Shown piece after piece: positions 1-10,490 of a DNA stretch of 64,000 nt. Within the stretch, counting starts at the first letter, position 1; each line of letters starts with the position of its first letter. The notes below the pieces were generated by a model that was not told the origin of the DNA, searched no databases, and saw only the letters and a program-made list of their open reading frames with translations. A program made the position numbers and the translations under genes. This DNA comes from an uncultured Verrucomicrobiae bacterium (GTDB lineage: Bacteria; Verrucomicrobiota; Verrucomicrobiia; Chthoniobacterales; JAFAMB01): contig CAWIPH010000002.1 in the NCBI GenBank assembly GCA_963837955.1, forward strand, positions 4,288,001 to 4,352,000, written 5' to 3'.

Positions 1-65
1 AAATTTTGGCTATTGGCTATTTGCTATTGGCCATCGGCTTATGGCAGGCTCTGCGCACATTCTGG

Positions 66-929
66 ATGAGTCGGTTCTTGCGAAGACTATTGAGCGCGGT
101 CGCCATGTGGCTGATCGCTCTGCTGGTTATCTTCTCCGCCAACGAACTATTTTTCCTTTTACTGGTGGCTTCGCTCGGTCTCGCTGGTCTCTGGGAATAC
201 TTCCAGATGATCGAAAAATCTGGTATGCGCTGCTTCAAAGCGTTCGGCCTCGTTTGCGGAGCGACTTATTTTGTTGGCAGCTTTGTATTCTACCATCTGA
301 ATGGATTCGGATCCGCTTACGACTTCGAGACGGTGGTACTGGTGATTTTCCTTTTTGGTGTGTTCGCTCGCCAAATGTTTCGGCCGACGACCAAACAGGC
401 GCCCTTAGAGACGATGGCCTACACCCTTTTCGGCATCCTGTACGTCGCGTGGCTCTTCAACTTTCTCACCAAAATAGTCTACGTCACCCCACCAACTCCA
501 TCCGGAGCGACGACTGGGCAGTTTTACGTTCTTTATCTAGTTGTGGTGACTAAATTTAGCGACATGGGCGCTTATCTCGTTGGCAGCCGCATCGGCCGCC
601 ACCAAATGATGCCTCACATCAGTCCGGCAAAGACGTGGGAGGGATTTGGCGGCTCGCTCCTGTTTGCCATCACCGGTAGTTATCTGCTCTTGTTCATCAT
701 GCCGGATCGCTTGCCGAAACTCAATTTTCTACACGCGACGATTCTTGGACTGCTGATTGGGGTAGCGGCGGTGGTGGGAGACCTCGGAGAATCAATCGTC
801 AAACGAAGCACCGGTGTGAAAGATTCGGGGAGCGTGCTCCCTGGCATTGGTGGAATAATGGATCTAATCGATAGTTTGCTGTTTACCGGTCCGCTTCTCT
901 ACTTCTATCTGAGATTCCTCGTTCGATGA
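66..929 (+). CDS. cdsA: phosphatidate cytidylyltransferase
   Basis: Polytopic membrane protein with SPAKTWEG, ESIVKR and KDSG..LPGIGGIMDLIDS motifs; directly upstream of dxr. Start placed at ATG 66; the ORF-track extension from 6 reads through tandem repeats. Confidence 0.93.
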   Translation: MSRFLRRLLSAVAMWLIALLVIFSANELFFLLLVASLGLAGLWEYFQMIEKSGMRCFKAFGLVCGATYFVGSFVFYHLNGFGSAYDFETVVLVIFLFGVFARQMFRPTTKQAPLETMAYTLFGILYVAWLFNFLTKIVYVTPPTPSGATTGQFYVLYLVVVTKFSDMGAYLVGSRIGRHQMMPHISPAKTWEGFGGSLLFAITGSYLLLFIMPDRLPKLNFLHATILGLLIGVAAVVGDLGESIVKRSTGVKDSGSVLPGIGGIMDLIDSLLFTGPLLYFYLRFLVR

Positions 930-2083
930 GAAAACGTCGCGTTATCCTGCTTGGCTCCACCGGCTCCATCGGTACGAGCGCCATCAAGGTTGCCGAAAGC
1001 ATGCCGGACCGGATGGAGATTGTCGGCATGGCCGCTCGCCAAAACGCTGTAGCGCTCGCCGAGTCCGCCAATCGGCTCCGGCCGTCGCATCTTTGTCTGG
1101 TCGATCCAACTCAGCTTCCGGAGCTCCGCACCCTGCTTCGTTACCGCCCAGAGGTTCTCACCGGCGAGGAGGGCCTCGAAGCGTTAGCCCGAGTGGAAAC
1201 GGCGGATCTGGTTCTGGTAGCGATCATCGGCACGGCAGGATTCCGCCCCGCTATGGGAGCAATCGACACGGGAAAAGATTTGGCCGTGGCCAGCAAGGAA
1301 ATCTTGGTAATGGCCGGAGAAATGGTGATGCAGCGAGCTCGGGAGAAAGGGGTCCGAGTTTTACCGGTAGACAGTGAACACAACGCTATCTTTCAATGTC
1401 TGGAAGGAAAACCGGGCCACCACGTTAAGAATCTCATTCTGACTGCTTCGGGCGGCCCATTTCGGACCTGGCCAGTAGAAAAATTAGCGTCGGTCACAGT
1501 GATGGAGGCCCTCAAACATCCAACCTGGAACATGGGGCAAAAAATCACCATTGATTCGGCCACGCTCTTTAATAAGGGCCTGGAGATGATCGAGGCCAGG
1601 TGGCTCTTCGACGTTCCGATGGAGCAGGTCCAGGTCATCGTCCATCCGCAAAGCATCGTGCACTCCATGGTCGAGTTCGTCGATGGCTCAATTTTGGCGC
1701 AACTTAGCCATTCCGACATGTGTTTCCCCATACAATACGCCGTGACTTGGCCCGATCGTGTCCCGAACACACTTAAGCCGCTCCGCTTGGCGGAGCTTGG
1801 CCATCTCGACTTTGAAGAACCGCGCTACGAAGCATTCCCCGCCTTGAACCTCGCTCGACGCGCCGGCCAAAACGGCGGAGTCTTGCCGGCCATTTTGAAT
1901 GCAGCAAACGAAGAAGCAGTCAAAGCTTTCCTACAGGGCCGAATTCCGTTTCCGCGGATTTGGTCCCTGGTAGAGAACGCAATGGAACAGGTAGAGAGTT
2001 TTGCCAGACCAAGTCTCAGTGATATACTGGAGGCCGATGCCAAAGCCCGCGCAAATGTCCAAGGAGCGCTCCAACATCATTAG
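926..2083 (+). CDS. dxr: 1-deoxy-D-xylulose-5-phosphate reductoisomerase
   Basis: LGSTGSIG, LPVDSEH, LTASGGPF, HPTWNMG.KITIDSA and NKGLE motifs; ATGA overlap with cdsA. Confidence 0.98.
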   Translation: MRKRRVILLGSTGSIGTSAIKVAESMPDRMEIVGMAARQNAVALAESANRLRPSHLCLVDPTQLPELRTLLRYRPEVLTGEEGLEALARVETADLVLVAIIGTAGFRPAMGAIDTGKDLAVASKEILVMAGEMVMQRAREKGVRVLPVDSEHNAIFQCLEGKPGHHVKNLILTASGGPFRTWPVEKLASVTVMEALKHPTWNMGQKITIDSATLFNKGLEMIEARWLFDVPMEQVQVIVHPQSIVHSMVEFVDGSILAQLSHSDMCFPIQYAVTWPDRVPNTLKPLRLAELGHLDFEEPRYEAFPALNLARRAGQNGGVLPAILNAANEEAVKAFLQGRIPFPRIWSLVENAMEQVESFARPSLSDILEADAKARANVQGALQHH

Positions 2084-2086
2084 TCT

Positions 2087-3733
2087 ATGATCCTCAATAT
2101 TTTACGTATCGGCCTCATCATTTTAGAGGTCGTACTGATCTTTAACCTGCTGATTATCGTCCACGAGTTAGGGCACTTTCTGGCAGCGCGCTGGAGGGGG
2201 CTTTACGTCGACAAATTTGGAGTCTGGTTCGGGCGACCCATCTGGAAAAAAGTCATCAGCGGAGTCGAATTTAGCCTCGGTTGGATCCCGGCCGGCGGAT
2301 TCGTTCTTTTGCCCCAGATGGCTCCCATGGAAGCGATCGAAGGCAAGCCGGACACCACTCGATCCGAACTGCCGCCGATCAAGCCGTTGGATAAGATCAT
2401 CGTGGCCTTTGCCGGGCCATTGTTCAGTTTTCTTTTGGCACTAGCGTTTGCCACCCTGGTCTGGGCCGTCGGTCGCCCGATGCCGGAAGCTGAAACCACG
2501 ACCACGGTTGGATATGTGGCGCCGGACGGGCCGGCGGCCAAGGCCGGCTTCCTGCCCGGAGACAAGATTCTGGAGGTCGACGGTCATCCCGTCTCTCGAT
2601 TTAATGGCATGGTCGACAGCATCGCTTGGTACGTCGTACGAAGCGAAGGATCGACCATCCGCTTCAAAGTGCAAAGAGGAGACCAAATTTTGAATTTGGT
2701 TTCCGAATTTGAAAGACCGGAGACCACCGGTTGGGAGCGAAAATCGCTCCGGCAAGTCGATTTCTCCGCCGCGACGACCCCAGTTGTTGCCAAGGTTGAG
2801 CCGGGCTCAGCGGCAGCCGAGGCTGGGTTAAAATCGAATGATCAAATCGTCGCGATTGACGGGCAGAAAATTTATTATCCGCTTCGGATTACGGAATGGG
2901 AACAACAGCATCCGGGCCAGATGATTCCGCTCACGGTGATGCGGAACAAAGGGCAAGTGCAAATCATGTTGCGCCCAAGTCGACCGGTCATCAATACCGT
3001 GATCAAAAACAGCCCGGCCGAAGTCGCAGGTGTGCGTCCTGGGGACCGAATCGTCGCTCTGAATGACGAGCAGATTTATGACTGGGCCACCGTGGTGAAG
3101 CATGTCGAACAGAACCAAGGCAAACCGTTAACGTTGACCGTTCAACAAGGCGATCGACAGCTAAAGGCCCGTATTCTTCCCCAAACACCAGATGGGCAAA
3201 AGCAGGCGATGCTGGGCATCATTTCGTCCGACGCATCCTACGGTATTACCTGGGATGCCGGTGGGAAGATGACCATTGCCCACACGTCGCCAATCGAACA
3301 GATATCGGCCGGTGTTCAGACCTTAACCAACACGGTCGGTGCTCTGATGTCCCCTCAATCCGACATCAAGCTACAACACATGAGCGGTCCGATCATGATC
3401 ATGCGGACCTACTATATCCTTTTCCAGAGCGATTTCGGTTGGCAGTTGGCCCTTTGGTTCAGTGTTGTTTTTAATATCAACCTAGCGGTCATCAATTTGC
3501 TGCCGATCCCGGTTCTGGATGGAGGCCACATTCTTTTGGCGATTCTCGAAGCTATTCGGCGCCGTCCATTGAACCTGAAACTGCTGGAAATACTGCAGGG
3601 AGCATGCGCCATTCTTCTGATCGGATTCATGCTCTATGTTTCCTTTTACGACGTTCAGGATCTCCCCTGGAACAGCAACCAAAAACCGATCTTCAGTAGT
3701 CCGGCGAAAGCTGCACCTCCAGAAAATCCATGA
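2087..3733 (+). CDS. rseP: RIP metalloprotease RseP with multiple PDZ domains
   Basis: HELGH zinc motif, NLLPIPVLDGGH motif, three PDZ-like repeats; usual dxr-rseP-ispG context. Confidence 0.95.
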   Translation: MILNILRIGLIILEVVLIFNLLIIVHELGHFLAARWRGLYVDKFGVWFGRPIWKKVISGVEFSLGWIPAGGFVLLPQMAPMEAIEGKPDTTRSELPPIKPLDKIIVAFAGPLFSFLLALAFATLVWAVGRPMPEAETTTTVGYVAPDGPAAKAGFLPGDKILEVDGHPVSRFNGMVDSIAWYVVRSEGSTIRFKVQRGDQILNLVSEFERPETTGWERKSLRQVDFSAATTPVVAKVEPGSAAAEAGLKSNDQIVAIDGQKIYYPLRITEWEQQHPGQMIPLTVMRNKGQVQIMLRPSRPVINTVIKNSPAEVAGVRPGDRIVALNDEQIYDWATVVKHVEQNQGKPLTLTVQQGDRQLKARILPQTPDGQKQAMLGIISSDASYGITWDAGGKMTIAHTSPIEQISAGVQTLTNTVGALMSPQSDIKLQHMSGPIMIMRTYYILFQSDFGWQLALWFSVVFNINLAVINLLPIPVLDGGHILLAILEAIRRRPLNLKLLEILQGACAILLIGFMLYVSFYDVQDLPWNSNQKPIFSSPAKAAPPENP

Positions 3734-5517
3734 GCCGCTTTTGTCCCAACCCGTGGTCTTACCGACGCCGTGAGACCCGCGAGGTAAAAGTAGGAAAGGT
3801 CGGAGTCGGCGGTTCAAACCCGATTCGCGTCCAATCGATGTTGACCTGCGACACGATGGATACTGAGGCCTGTATCCAACAAACGCTCGATCTAGTCGCG
3901 GTCGGATGTGAGATCGTTCGAATTACAGCACCGACAGTAAAGGACGCAAAGAATCTGCGGCCGATCAAAGAGGGCCTACTCGCTCGCGGGTGCGACGTTC
4001 CGATCGTAGCTGACATCCACTTTAAGCCCGACGCTGCCGTGGAAGCGGCTCTGTGGGTCGACAAGGTTCGCATTAACCCTGGGAATTACGCTGACTCGAA
4101 GAAATTCGCCGTGAAAGAGTACAGCGACGAGCAGTACACGGCGGAGTTGGATCGGATCCGTGAACGATTCGCACCTTTAGTAAAGCTTTGTCAGCAGCGG
4201 CGCACTAGCATCCGGATCGGAACCAATCACGGTTCGCTAAGCGATCGAATTATGAACCGTTACGGTGATACGCCTCTCGGTATGGTCGAGAGCGCCCTGG
4301 AGTTTGCCCGGATCGCACGCGAGCTTGATTTTCACGATTTTATTTTCTCCATGAAGGCCAGCAATCCGAAGGTGATGATTGCAGCCTATCGCTTGCTCGT
4401 CTCGCGCCTTTATCAAGCCGGACCTGATTGGAACTATCCGCTGCATCTCGGGGTTACCGAAGCAGGCGATGGGGAAGATGGCCGGATCAAGAGTGCCATC
4501 GGTATTGGCTCCCTGTTGGCAGACGGATTGGGCGATACCGTTCGTGTTTCTCTCACGGAAGACAGCGTCCACGAAATCCCGGTCGCTCAGGCGTTGATCG
4601 AGCCCTACAACCGCCAAGTGGGTCAGCGGGCAAAGCTAAATCCGATCGATCTGCCATTCGATCCATTTCAATACGACCGCCGTCATGCCGACAAAATTCA
4701 GGTAGGCGCAGTGCAGGCCGGTGGCGACGAATTGATTCGAGTCGCGATTCGGCAGAAGAGTTTTGAGCAGATCGCGCACAAGGTCGATCGCATGGGCGAT
4801 TTCAAGCCGGAATTCGTGGTCGAGCAGACGAGTATCGTTGCGCTTGATCCGCGAGATGATTCTGCGCTGGCGACTTTGAGCGGAAATAGTGAGCCACGGA
4901 TGGTGACGGTGCGTGATGATATTGATCTGCCGGTTATCACCGCATTCCGGCTATTGGCAGCAAAAATACCACGCCGTCACCCAATTTTGCTCAAGGACAC
5001 GCTTACTCCCTCCGCTGATCCGCACCGCGACTTTATCCAAACCCTGCTGAGCTCTGCCACCAACCTGGGAGCTCTGCTCTGTGACGGAATTGGAGACGCC
5101 ATCTTGGTGCAAAGAGAAGAAGCGCCGGGTCAGTCACTCCGATTGGCCTACAACATCTTGCAGGCCGCTGGGAGCCGAATTTTCAAGACCGATTACGTAG
5201 CCTGCCCATCGTGTGGCCGCACGCTGTTCAATTTGCAGACCACCACCGCGCGCATCAAAGAGGCCACCCTACACCTCAAAGGCGTCAAGATTGCTATCAT
5301 GGGCTGCATCGTGAACGGGCCTGGTGAAATGGCCGACGCTGATTTCGGTTACGTTGGCGGAGCACCGGGCAAAGTGAATCTCTACATCGGCAAAACGCCG
5401 GTGAAGTTCAATATTCCGGAAACGGAAGCAGTGGATCGATTGGTCGATCTCATCAAAGAAAACGGAAAGTGGCTGGAGCCGGCTGCGGAGCGAGCTGAAC
5501 CGGTTTTGGTAGAGTAA
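3730..5517 (+). CDS. ispG: (E)-4-hydroxy-3-methylbut-2-enyl-diphosphate synthase, long form
   Basis: VQSM, ADIHF, RINPGN, IRIGTNHGSL, HLGVTEAG, CPSCGR and MGCIVNGPGE motifs. Confidence 0.97.
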   Translation: MSRFCPNPWSYRRRETREVKVGKVGVGGSNPIRVQSMLTCDTMDTEACIQQTLDLVAVGCEIVRITAPTVKDAKNLRPIKEGLLARGCDVPIVADIHFKPDAAVEAALWVDKVRINPGNYADSKKFAVKEYSDEQYTAELDRIRERFAPLVKLCQQRRTSIRIGTNHGSLSDRIMNRYGDTPLGMVESALEFARIARELDFHDFIFSMKASNPKVMIAAYRLLVSRLYQAGPDWNYPLHLGVTEAGDGEDGRIKSAIGIGSLLADGLGDTVRVSLTEDSVHEIPVAQALIEPYNRQVGQRAKLNPIDLPFDPFQYDRRHADKIQVGAVQAGGDELIRVAIRQKSFEQIAHKVDRMGDFKPEFVVEQTSIVALDPRDDSALATLSGNSEPRMVTVRDDIDLPVITAFRLLAAKIPRRHPILLKDTLTPSADPHRDFIQTLLSSATNLGALLCDGIGDAILVQREEAPGQSLRLAYNILQAAGSRIFKTDYVACPSCGRTLFNLQTTTARIKEATLHLKGVKIAIMGCIVNGPGEMADADFGYVGGAPGKVNLYIGKTPVKFNIPETEAVDRLVDLIKENGKWLEPAAERAEPVLVE

Positions 5518-5798
5518 CGGCACATCGACTCCTCTTTGATTGACTTGACCAGAGCTTTCTTGGCTTTCTCGCGACCCTATTTGGCCTTGGTGGTTTCTCC
5601 TGACGCATCGTAACCGTCGACCCGGTTGTTACGCGCCAAGGCATCATCTGGCCTGGGGCCGTTTGCGATTTGCCCTACCGATCGTGGGCAGGTGCGATCT
5701 ATTTCGTCGAGCCAGCCGTAGAATTGACCTAACCGGCGTTGGCCGAATACAACAGAAGCCTGCACAATCGGTTGCCCAGAATTTTTCGAGTTGGCGAG

Positions 5799-6413
5799 AT
5801 GCCTACATCACGGATCGAGGCGTTCAGCGATGGCGTTTTCGCCATCATTGTTACTCTCCTCGTATTGGAGATTCACGTTCCCCAGGCACAGGGTCCGGAC
5901 ATTTCGGCGGCTCTGGGACATAGCCTATTGGTGATGGCGCCAAAGTTCCTCAGCTACATACTGAGTTTCGCAATCGTCTGCATTTGGTGGGTCGCACATC
6001 ACCATCTATTTCATATCCTCAAGAGATCCGACCGCGGACTGCTGTGGCTCAATAGTCTATTCCTTTTGTGGCTCGCATTTATCCCGTTCCCCACGGCTCT
6101 GATGGGAGATTTCCCAGGGGCGCGAGTCGCTGTGATGTGCTACGGCGCAGTCACCACTCTCGCTGGGGTCAGTTTCTGTCTCATGCGCTACTATGCGTTT
6201 TACCTGGCTAAACTGGTAGACGAAAGGATCGACCGGCACCTGCTCAGGTTGGCCATGCTCAGAAGCATAGTGAACCCCGTTCTTCACGCCATTGCCGTAT
6301 TCCTCGCCCTTGTCGATACGCGCCTTTCTATTGCTCTTTATATTATTCTTCCACTGATGTTCTTCATACCGAGCAGGCTAGAGAGACATGTGCACTCGGC
6401 GGGGAGGTCGTGA
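5799..6413 (+). CDS. TMEM175 family (DUF1211) potassium channel
   Basis: RIEAFSDGVFAIIVTLLVLEI signature, WxxHH motif, about six hydrophobic segments; start at ATG 5799. Confidence 0.9.
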   Translation: MPTSRIEAFSDGVFAIIVTLLVLEIHVPQAQGPDISAALGHSLLVMAPKFLSYILSFAIVCIWWVAHHHLFHILKRSDRGLLWLNSLFLLWLAFIPFPTALMGDFPGARVAVMCYGAVTTLAGVSFCLMRYYAFYLAKLVDERIDRHLLRLAMLRSIVNPVLHAIAVFLALVDTRLSIALYIILPLMFFIPSRLERHVHSAGRS

Positions 6414-6453
6414 GCGCGAATGTTTCCCTCTTGTCGCACCCTTTCTCCGCCCC

Positions 6454-9400
6454 CTATCTGCCGAAACCCTCTGAGCCGAGCCCACTGCCGATTAAATCAG
6501 GCTCAGTGTCGTGTTGTTTTGTCAATCGGACACCCACCAGCTTGCTAATTCCGTGTTCTTCCATCGTCACGCCATACAAGATGTCCGCCTTCGCGATGGT
6601 GCGCTTGTTGTGGGTAATTACGACAAACTGGCTTTGATTTACGAAGCGATCCAAAATCTTGATAAACCGACTGATATTCGATTCATCGAGAGGGGCATCC
6701 ATCTCGTCCAACACACAAAACGGACTCGGTTTGACCATGTAAATGGCGAACAGAAGCCCGACTGCAGTCATTGTCTTTTCGCCGCCAGAAAGCAGAGAAA
6801 CGGACTGCAACTGTTTGCCCGGCGGCTTGGCGATAATTTCAATCCCGCTTTCCAGCGGGTCCGCATCATCGACCAGCAAAAGGTTGGCTTTTCCCCCGCC
6901 GAACAGCTCGATGAACATTTCCTGAAAGTTTTTGCGTACCTGCTCAAACGTCTCTGCGAACAGCACTTTAGTGGTCTCGTTGATCTTGTTTATCACGTCG
7001 AGCAGATCCGTCTTTGACTTGATTAGATCAGCATTTTGCTCATCCAGAAATCGTTGCCGTTCTTCCAGCTCATCGTACTCCTGAATGGCTTCGAGGTTAA
7101 CCGGACCCATGGCGTCTAATCGCTCGCTCATCTCGGCTACAATCGTTCTCACCAATTCCCATTCGGATTCCGGAATCGGATCAGATGGATCGGGCGAGCC
7201 GGTCGCTTGTTCGGTTTCCGATAAGTTCGATTGATCGAGCCGCTTACGCTGTTCACGGACAGCGGACTGGAAGACGTGCCAATCCGGCCGAAAAGCTTCC
7301 AGCTCCGTTTGGTAGCGATGGGAGACATGCTCGCGCACGCTGTCCAGCCGGAGCTTGTGCTGAGTCGCTCGCACCTCGTGTTCACCCCGCCCCTCCTGAC
7401 ATTCAGTGAGCTGTTTCCGAAGTTGTCGCAAACTGAGTTCGACCGCGTCGACCGATCCGACTCGGCTGCCGCGTTCTTCCACCAGCGCGACTACTTCGGT
7501 CTCCGCCTTGGACTGGTCTGCTTGTAACTGTTCGATTTTGAGGCGGAGCGATTCGTTTTCGGCAAGAAACTGTTGAGCTCTAGCTCGATAGTTCGCGATG
7601 TCCCTTTCGCGACTGAGAATCAGATCCTGAAGTTCCGATAAGCGACTGGCCATCGGCTGACGCTGCCGCTGAAGGTTTTCGCGACGTTGTCGTTCGGTAG
7701 CGACTCTTACTTTCGATTCATGCAAAATTTCCGTGAGCGATTCTTCATCGGCCCGCAACGAGTCTACTTCGGACAAAGATTGGGTGAGACGTTCCTGCCA
7801 TTCCGTCAACTGCTGGGCTAAGGTTTCGAGTTCCGCCTCGAGTGCAGTCAGCCTGGCCAATGCGCCGCCTAATCGTTGCTCGGTATTCCCTTTTTCCCAA
7901 TTCAGGCTCTTGATGCGCCCTTCGACCTCGCGATGTTCGCGATCGAGCATCGAAATTCGGCTATCGAGCGTCGAAGCCGCAATTTGGGTTCGATGCACTT
8001 CTTCTCGGTGTTCCTCGACCCGATGATACATTTGCTCCAGTTCCGACTCGATCAAAGTCCGCTGTCGATGAGCCTGAGCTAATTTCTCCCGCAATTCGCC
8101 GCATTCCGATTCCAAATCGCGTATTTGCGCCTTTCGTTGCAAAACCGAATGGACATTTCCTTCACCCGACGTACCGGCAAAAACGACACCGATCTCGGAG
8201 ACGAATTCCCCGCTCAAAGTTGCCACTGCACAAGATGGCAACATGTTCTTGATTCGAAACGCAGTTTCCAGATCAGGAGCCAATACCACGTTCGCCAGCA
8301 GTCGATTCACGAATGGAGCGACCTCGCCGTGCGCACGCACTCGATCCAATGCCCAAGCCAGTGCTCCGGATGGCAGCGCCTCCATTTGGACTGGCGGAAA
8401 AGAGGAGAATGGTGTCTTGGCGCAGATGGCTGCCCTCCCATATTTACCCCCGGCCAGCGATTTACTAAGCGCTTCTGCGACTTCCGGATCGGCGATCAAG
8501 ATGGTCTGCAATTGGTCACCAAGCGCCGCTTCGATGGCGAGGATAAAATCGTGATCGACTTCCAAAAAATTTGCCAGTGTACCCAGAATCGCCGCCCGAA
8601 ATGGGGGATTCTCGAGACCTCTCAGGACTGCTTGGGTTCCGGCCTGAAGTCCTGCTCCTTCCTCGTTGAGCTGATTCAAAAGTTCGAGTCTCGATGCTCG
8701 CTCCGCCAAACTTCGCTCGACCGAAGCCAAATCGCGTTCAGCCTGCTGGAAGTCCTTTTTCGAATTGTTCAAGTCGTGCTCGCGATCGCGCAAGGCGTCA
8801 CGCGTACCCTGAACCAGCGCCGCTGCTTCCTCGGATTCCTCTCGGGCCGCCCTAATTTGCGAGGCGAGTTGATCCCGAACCAATTCCGCCTGCTTTAGCT
8901 CCTGTTGTAAGAGGGCCAGCCTGGTTTCCCCTGCTTCTCGTTGGTGGACCGTACTGGCAAGCTCCCCCCGCTGCTGCGCGATGCGACTCTCTCGCTGCTG
9001 GATGTGTCGCTGGCTCTCGTGGGTCGCTTTTTCCTTCTCCACCCTGCTTTCGCGCAATTGGTTTACCCTAGTTTGTCGGGCTTCCAGCTGGCTTTCCTCA
9101 GCCTGCAAGGTCTGGAAAAGCTCACTCAATTGGTGATCTGTATCATCCAACTGAATCTGTTGAACGACGATTTTCTCCTGAGCAGCAGCTACATCAGCAG
9201 AATAACGCTGGGAAAGCTCCTCCGCTTCACGCGCTCGCTCCTCATTAAATCCGATTCGGTTGATCGCTCGGTCCGCCTCGCTCTTCAGCTCTTGCACGCC
9301 CTGTCGCGCAGTCAGAATCTGGTCCTCCAAAACCTCGAGGGCTTCGCGCTGCTCGGCCAGCCCAAACTCCTGTGACTCAATTTGCTCTTCCAGCGATCGT

Positions 9401-10164
9401 TGCATCGAACGAAGCCGTTCTACTTCAGATTCTGCTTCGCGAATAGTGCGCCGCATCTCCTCCGCATTTCGATGCGCGAGGTGCAGGTCCAAAGCGCGCA
9501 GGTCTGCAAAAAGTGCTTGGTAGCGTCGCGCCTTCCCCGCCTGGCGTTGCAGCGACCCAATTTGCCGTTTCACCTCCTTCAGAATATCGGCCAACCGGAG
9601 AAGATTAGCGTCGGTATACTCGAGCTTGCGCAGTGCCTCTTTTTTCTGGGCCTTGTATTTGGTGATTCCCGCGGCTTCTTCGAAAATAGCTCGACGATCT
9701 TCAGGTCTTGAACTCAAAATTTGGTCAATTTTCCCCTGCTCCATGATCGAGTAGGCCGTGCGACCGATCCCGGTATCCATGAAAAGCATTTGGATGTCCT
9801 TTAGCCGGCATGGGACCTTATTCAGGAAATAGTCAGACCGGCCATCCCGAAAAACTCGGCGGGTGATCGTAACCTCGTGATATTCCAGCCCCAGCTCGCT
9901 CTCACACTCCGCAAACGTGAGAGACACCTCGGCCATTCCGACCGCCTGTTTGCTGTCGGTGCCACTGAAGATGACATCCGCCATCTCCCCGCCGCGCAAC
10001 GCTTTTGCCGATTGCTCTCCCAAAACCCAGCGGATTGCGTCGAGGACATTCGACTTTCCGCATCCATTTGGGCCGACAATGGCCGTCACTCCTCGGTGAA
10101 AATTGAGCAACGTTTTATGGGCGAAAGACTTAAATCCGATAAGCTCTATCGATTGGAGATACAT
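6454..10164 (-). CDS. smc: chromosome segregation protein SMC
   Basis: GFKSF, Walker A GPNGCGKSN, long coiled coils with hinge, LSGGE signature, LDEMDAPLD. Confidence 0.98.
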   Translation of the reverse strand: MYLQSIELIGFKSFAHKTLLNFHRGVTAIVGPNGCGKSNVLDAIRWVLGEQSAKALRGGEMADVIFSGTDSKQAVGMAEVSLTFAECESELGLEYHEVTITRRVFRDGRSDYFLNKVPCRLKDIQMLFMDTGIGRTAYSIMEQGKIDQILSSRPEDRRAIFEEAAGITKYKAQKKEALRKLEYTDANLLRLADILKEVKRQIGSLQRQAGKARRYQALFADLRALDLHLAHRNAEEMRRTIREAESEVERLRSMQRSLEEQIESQEFGLAEQREALEVLEDQILTARQGVQELKSEADRAINRIGFNEERAREAEELSQRYSADVAAAQEKIVVQQIQLDDTDHQLSELFQTLQAEESQLEARQTRVNQLRESRVEKEKATHESQRHIQQRESRIAQQRGELASTVHQREAGETRLALLQQELKQAELVRDQLASQIRAAREESEEAAALVQGTRDALRDREHDLNNSKKDFQQAERDLASVERSLAERASRLELLNQLNEEGAGLQAGTQAVLRGLENPPFRAAILGTLANFLEVDHDFILAIEAALGDQLQTILIADPEVAEALSKSLAGGKYGRAAICAKTPFSSFPPVQMEALPSGALAWALDRVRAHGEVAPFVNRLLANVVLAPDLETAFRIKNMLPSCAVATLSGEFVSEIGVVFAGTSGEGNVHSVLQRKAQIRDLESECGELREKLAQAHRQRTLIESELEQMYHRVEEHREEVHRTQIAASTLDSRISMLDREHREVEGRIKSLNWEKGNTEQRLGGALARLTALEAELETLAQQLTEWQERLTQSLSEVDSLRADEESLTEILHESKVRVATERQRRENLQRQRQPMASRLSELQDLILSRERDIANYRARAQQFLAENESLRLKIEQLQADQSKAETEVVALVEERGSRVGSVDAVELSLRQLRKQLTECQEGRGEHEVRATQHKLRLDSVREHVSHRYQTELEAFRPDWHVFQSAVREQRKRLDQSNLSETEQATGSPDPSDPIPESEWELVRTIVAEMSERLDAMGPVNLEAIQEYDELEERQRFLDEQNADLIKSKTDLLDVINKINETTKVLFAETFEQVRKNFQEMFIELFGGGKANLLLVDDADPLESGIEIIAKPPGKQLQSVSLLSGGEKTMTAVGLLFAIYMVKPSPFCVLDEMDAPLDESNISRFIKILDRFVNQSQFVVITHNKRTIAKADILYGVTMEEHGISKLVGVRLTKQHDTEPDLIGSGLGSEGFGR

Positions 10165-10217
10165 ACTGCGAGTTGGGTCCGAAATTAGGCTGCCCGAGCG
10201 ATGCTGACAAGGCGAAA

Positions 10218-10265
10218 ATACAACCCCTAGACTAAGGGGGAGACAAGAACCTCAATATCTTGGGG
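10218..10265. promoter_or_regulatory. candidate tandem NrdR-box-like operators upstream of smc
   Basis: ataCAAccccTAGact (10218-10233) and cctCAATATCTTGggg (10250-10265), starts 32 bp apart; the second fits the NrdR consensus core CwAtATaTwG closely, the first only at its outer positions. Confidence 0.4.
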
Positions 10266-10490
10266 TAGGTGGACTCAATAGGGGTTGTTACGTTTTCTTT
10301 GGACGCTTCCAGCATCGGCATTATTTGGATCAATCTGGCGGAGGTGTCTAAGCATTCCGGTTCACTGTTTTGCTGTTGGCGGTTGGTGGATGTTTGCGAT
10401 TCGCTACTGACGCGGGCGCGCCTACGCGGCCTCCTAGATTGTGTTCGTAACTCCTGGCTCCAGACTCCCGAGTCCTGTATCCTATATTTC

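Noticed and set aside
8125..9711. Long + strand ORFs (257, 144, 109 aa) inside smc
   Set aside because: Antisense shadows of a well-supported gene; the same applies to similar ORFs opposite serS, plsX, fabH, comM and the RND genes.
10269..10490. N-terminal extension of the M20 peptidase (520-aa ORF)
   Set aside because: Reads through the smc promoter region and a heptamer repeat run; ATG 10491 fits the family length.
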